DNA from: Fidelibacterota bacterium | GTDB lineage: Bacteria > Fidelibacterota > Marinisomatia > Marinisomatales > TCS56 | DNA length: 15,698 bases | NCBI GenBank assembly: GCA_043822705.1 | Contig: JBDRBK010000066.1 | Coordinates: 1 to 15,698, forward strand | Direction: 5' to 3' | Shown here: positions 14,483 to 15,698 of the stretch, one piece after another | Numbering within the stretch: position 1 is the stretch's first letter | How the letters are laid out: each line of letters starts with the position of its first letter | Position numbers and translations under genes: made by a program | The notes under the pieces: generated by a model | What the model was told of the DNA's origin: nothing | What the model saw: the letters and a program-made list of their open reading frames with translations, nothing else | Database searches by the model: none

Positions 14483-15698
14483 TTGCCGCTCCTTTCCAGT
14501 TGATGATCAGGATGGATCAGAATCGTAGCTGTCACATGACTGCCGACACCGGCATGACTGATCGCCAGACCACGTTTGGCGTCTTTTACCTGCAAATCGG
14601 TCCAGTCCGCCGGTTTGGTGCGACCGAAGCGATCCCATTTTTTCTGATCACCGTGCATCTCGGCCCAGCGGCCCCAGATCTGCTGGCCGACTTCGATCGC
14701 CTGCATGATGCCGGTGGCACCGACAGCGTGCATGCAGCCAATCAGTCCGCCGGAAAGATTGGCGGGTAATTTACCGGGTCGGCCGGTTCTGGGATTGATA
14801 TGGTAGCAGTCGCCCGATTCGACGTAGGTGCGGCCTTCGCCGTAGGGCCGGATGCCGATATCCTCGTAGGTCTGGATATCGCTGATGGTGAAGGCGTCGT
14901 GCAGTTCCACCAGATCGAGGTCGTTGGTGGGATCGACGATGCCGGCCATCCGGTAGCCATAGTAGGCGGCCATCCGGGCGGCCAGGAAGCCGGTGAAACC
15001 GGGGTAGCGGTCGCCGCCGGGGAAGCGTTTCCCCAGATCCTTGTACTGGTCCGGCGTCTCGTTCGGCAGTAACGGGATCGCCATGTCACGGCGGTCGGCC
15101 ACTCGCAACGTGTGACTGCCGGCCGATACGTAGACCAGTAGGGGATTGTCGGTCAGCTCGTAGGCGGTTTTTTCATCGCAGAGGATGGCGCAGGCGGCGC
15201 CGACGCTCATCAGGCAGCAGTCCAGCGCCCGCAGCGGATAGGCCACCACCGGGGAATTGAGCACATCTTCCACGGTGATTTTCATCGGTCCCTGGGCGTG
15301 GGGATTCATTCGGGCGTAGCCGCGGTTCTTGACGGCGATTTCGGCCATGGTCTTACGGAATGATTCTTCTTCCTTGCCGAATACCTGCCAGTATTTCTGG
15401 GCCATCACCGCATAATAGCCGGTGTAGATATGACCCAGGGGCGTTTCCCAGTCCTTGTCGGCAGCGCAGGATATGTAATTGTTACCCTCGTCGGTGGGCA
15501 CCTCGTCCATGCGCTCCCAGCCCATGGCCAGCACGCAGTCGGAATAGCCCGAGGCCACCGTCTTGAATGCTTCCCACAGCGTCGAGCCGCCGGTGGCGCC
15601 GCCGGTCTTGATGCCGACGTTGCCCAGCGGATCGAGCCCCAGCCGGTCATGGATCACCGATTCGCCCAGCAACTGGTCGCCGAAGTGGTCGGCAAAAT
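14479..15698 (-). CDS. Thiolase-superfamily protein (SCP2/archaeal-like, HDAF type); 5' end outside the window
   Basis: The frame is open to the window edge (FADHFGDQLLGE...). Motifs IAVKN...NPHAQ, VLNSPVVAYPLRALDCC, VELHDAFTI and NLSGGLIGCMHAVGATG. Confidence 0.9.
   Translation of the reverse strand, partial: FADHFGDQLLGESVIHDRLGLDPLGNVGIKTGGATGGSTLWEAFKTVASGYSDCVLAMGWERMDEVPTDEGNNYISCAADKDWETPLGHIYTGYYAVMAQKYWQVFGKEEESFRKTMAEIAVKNRGYARMNPHAQGPMKITVEDVLNSPVVAYPLRALDCCLMSVGAACAILCDEKTAYELTDNPLLVYVSAGSHTLRVADRRDMAIPLLPNETPDQYKDLGKRFPGGDRYPGFTGFLAARMAAYYGYRMAGIVDPTNDLDLVELHDAFTISDIQTYEDIGIRPYGEGRTYVESGDCYHINPRTGRPGKLPANLSGGLIGCMHAVGATGIMQAIEVGQQIWGRWAEMHGDQKKWDRFGRTKPADWTDLQVKDAKRGLAISHAGVGSHVTATILIHPDHQLERSGK

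Noticed and set aside
1..15698. Integron integrase or other recombinase gene, and the remaining short ORFs in the track
   Set aside because: No ORF shows tyrosine-recombinase motifs. The other short ORFs overlap well-supported genes in alternative frames or antisense.

Overview
GC-rich bacterial chromosomal segment, almost entirely coding and mostly on the minus strand. It contains the 5' end of a GH20 hexosaminidase gene, two alpha/beta hydrolases, a secreted or outer-membrane hypothetical protein with an HExxGH motif, a short asparaginase-domain protein, a Cys-rich 4Fe-4S protein, an aldo/keto reductase, an AlkD-like DNA repair protein, a PHP-domain lipoprotein, DoxX, an SGNH hydrolase, an ATP-grasp protein and a truncated thiolase/DUF35 (Zn-ribbon OB-fold) pair. 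The most notable signal is a solitary integron-type gene cassette (about 13121-13555): a very AT-rich membrane-anchored Zn-ribbon ORF followed by a structurally canonical attC site (13115-13178). There is no integrase in the window, and the cassette sits directly in front of another gene's start codon. Also seen are an unannotated small single-TM ORF, an inverted heptamer-repeat element, and a thiolase lacking the usual nucleophilic Cys. No rRNA, tRNA, CRISPR array or transposase was recognised. All calls come from motif reading only; no searches were run.
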